DNA of 64,000 nucleotides from Octopus sinensis. Its lineage: Eukaryota. The stretch spans positions 86,800,001 to 86,864,000 of the forward strand of contig NC_042999.1 in the NCBI RefSeq assembly GCF_006345805.1, in the 5' to 3' direction. Positions 63,240-64,000 of this stretch are shown in pieces. The translations under genes and the position numbers were made by a program. Under the pieces are notes generated by a model. The model saw only the letters and a program-made list of their open reading frames with translations, did not search any database and was not told where the DNA came from. The stretch's first letter is position 1; each line of letters opens with the position of its first letter.

Positions 63240-64000
63240 GGTTGAAATCTACCAGAACATATTAGAATAAGTAAACAAATCATCATTTAGAGTCTCATTG
63301 TTCAGTGTACAAGTAGCAATTTATTATTGGTTGTCAGGACCACATTTTTGCTGTGATGGAGAGGTCTTCTTGAGCACAGCTAATCATCAATCATCCTGGT
63401 TCTTTGTCAACTCCATAAGACTCTGCAGCTTGAAATCAGTCTTCACTATTTTGTTCCATGTCTTCCTGGGTCTCCCTCTTCCACAAGTTCATCCACTATA
63501 AATGACCAGCACTTCTTTATGTTGCTGCCCTCATCCATATGCTTCACATGACCAAACCATCATTGTCTTTTCTCTTCCACACAACATAATTTTTCCTCTT
63601 ATGCCTAATTTTTCTCTCAATAACTTAGCATTTTTTCATCCTTGCACATTGACACAGAACTTTCAATGGAATATACAAGCTTTATTTCTCTCTAGTCTTC
63701 ACATGTCCTTTGTATTCAAGCTCAAATGTCTCATTACCTCTCAGAGGGAAACCTTTTGTTGCCAACAAAAGTAAAAGCCCTCTGAACTTTCTCCATTTTA
63801 TTCTTATTCTAGTAGCTATACTTTCAGAACGTCCTCCTTTGCTGCTGGTTTCGTCACTTAGCTAATAGAAACTATTTACTATTTCTAGGGAGTCTTCAAA
63901 ATATTTGAGAAAATCTATTTCCCGTGTTTCCTTAGTGTTTATTGCTCCTGTACATCTTCCACATGGAAACGTTACCTTCTTCATTAATCTTCTTGTAATT
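63240..64000 (-). mobile_element. RTE LINE 3' fragment running off the window
   Basis: Homologous to the 39400-39800 and 47000-47350 RTE segments. Confidence 0.75.

Overview
AT-rich eukaryotic intronic landscape with no prokaryotic features. The SINE/LINE families and microsatellite density look like an octopod cephalopod, probably Octopus; this is inferred from repeat recognition, not a database search. One + strand multi-exon gene spans the whole window. I traced 20 GT-AG exons (2979 nt, 993 codons, splice phases consistent, no stops) encoding WD40 repeats followed by a low-complexity linker and a helical region, most similar to WDR97. The gene starts before and continues past the window. 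Introns are packed with tRNA-derived SINEs, RTE, CR1/Jockey-like and R4/Dong-like LINE fragments, Tc1/mariner, hAT, Helitron/HINE, a Chapaev3-like element and an AcademX element with both ends. The most unusual structure is at 41.66-46.33 kb: a triplicated 24-nt microexon cassette. One copy is intact, one has a decayed donor, and one is split by a Chapaev-like transposon whose ends supply GT and AG sites that would splice it out and restore an in-frame 24 nt (13+11). Also notable are several long AT-rich foldback palindromes, a fixed-length element found only inside (TAA)n tracts, and a near-identical 751-bp tandem duplication.
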